DNA from: Rhizodiscina lignyota
Taxonomy: Eukaryota
Assembly: GCA_010015805.1 (NCBI GenBank)
Contig: ML978128.1
Location: forward strand, 1,612,001 to 1,676,000
Reading direction: 5' to 3'
Length of the DNA stretch: 64,000 nt
The position numbers were made by a program, and so were the translations under genes. The first letter of the stretch is position 1; each line of letters opens with the position of its first letter. Below are positions 63,867-64,000 of the stretch, piece by piece. The notes under the pieces are model-generated. The model saw only the letters and a list, made by a program, of their open reading frames with translations, had not been told where the DNA came from and did not search any database.

Positions 63867-64000
63867 ATGTTCGACACTTCCTGCTCCGGTGATTCCTGTG
63901 GCCCGCGCCAGCGCTTCTCCGCCGTCCTTCTCTCCTCGCTCCCCTTCATCGTCAGCTTCTTGCTCGTCGCGACCGCCGTCTCGCAGAAGCTATGGCCGCT
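63867..64000 (+). CDS. 5' end of a membrane protein, possibly GPR89/Golgi pH regulator-like (runs off the window)
   Basis: Open frame MFDTSCSGDSCGPRQRFSAVLLSSLPFIVSFLLVATAVSQKLWP with a hydrophobic helix; family assignment from recall only. Confidence 0.5.
   Translation, partial: MFDTSCSGDSCGPRQRFSAVLLSSLPFIVSFLLVATAVSQKLWP

Noticed and set aside
1..64000. CRISPR arrays, rRNA, intact tRNA, intact transposons, TPP riboswitch
   Set aside because: No repeat-spacer arrays or diagnostic motifs seen by eye; small ncRNAs such as snoRNAs cannot be excluded without an Infernal search.

Overview
Eukaryotic, intron-containing fungal genomic DNA from a filamentous ascomycete (Pezizomycotina; Dothideomycete-like is my inference from protein style). 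Introns are short GT-AG with CTAAC/CTGAC branch sites. I can support about 23 protein-coding genes, with names assigned from recognised motifs and no database search. Core genes: FAS beta (3' part), an SR splicing factor, FBA1, mitochondrial bL9, a Ubp16-like DUB, Vip1-like RRM protein, a DUF1765-like protein, an Sfl1-like HSF factor, a USP protein and a probable GPR89 start. There is an accessory-looking catabolic block at ~7-17.5 kb (flavin reductase, SDR, YtcJ-like amidohydrolase, Zn2Cys6 TF, cytochrome b561, Dal5-type MFS). A class II peroxidase, a GMC oxidase and a PI-PLC-X fusion lie at 48-60 kb. No rRNA, intact tRNA, CRISPR or intact transposon was seen. Best leads: (1) the SR gene has a 6-nt microexon, a long SWQ|DLKD intron with a poison 3' splice site, and a possible alternative terminal intron; (2) a leaderless beta-domain/PI-PLC/Pro-linker/Cys-rich fusion; (3) a metallothionein-like tail on Vip1; (4) sorting signals, namely PTS2 on an SDR and KEEL on the GMC; (5) the TF-containing amidohydrolase cluster.
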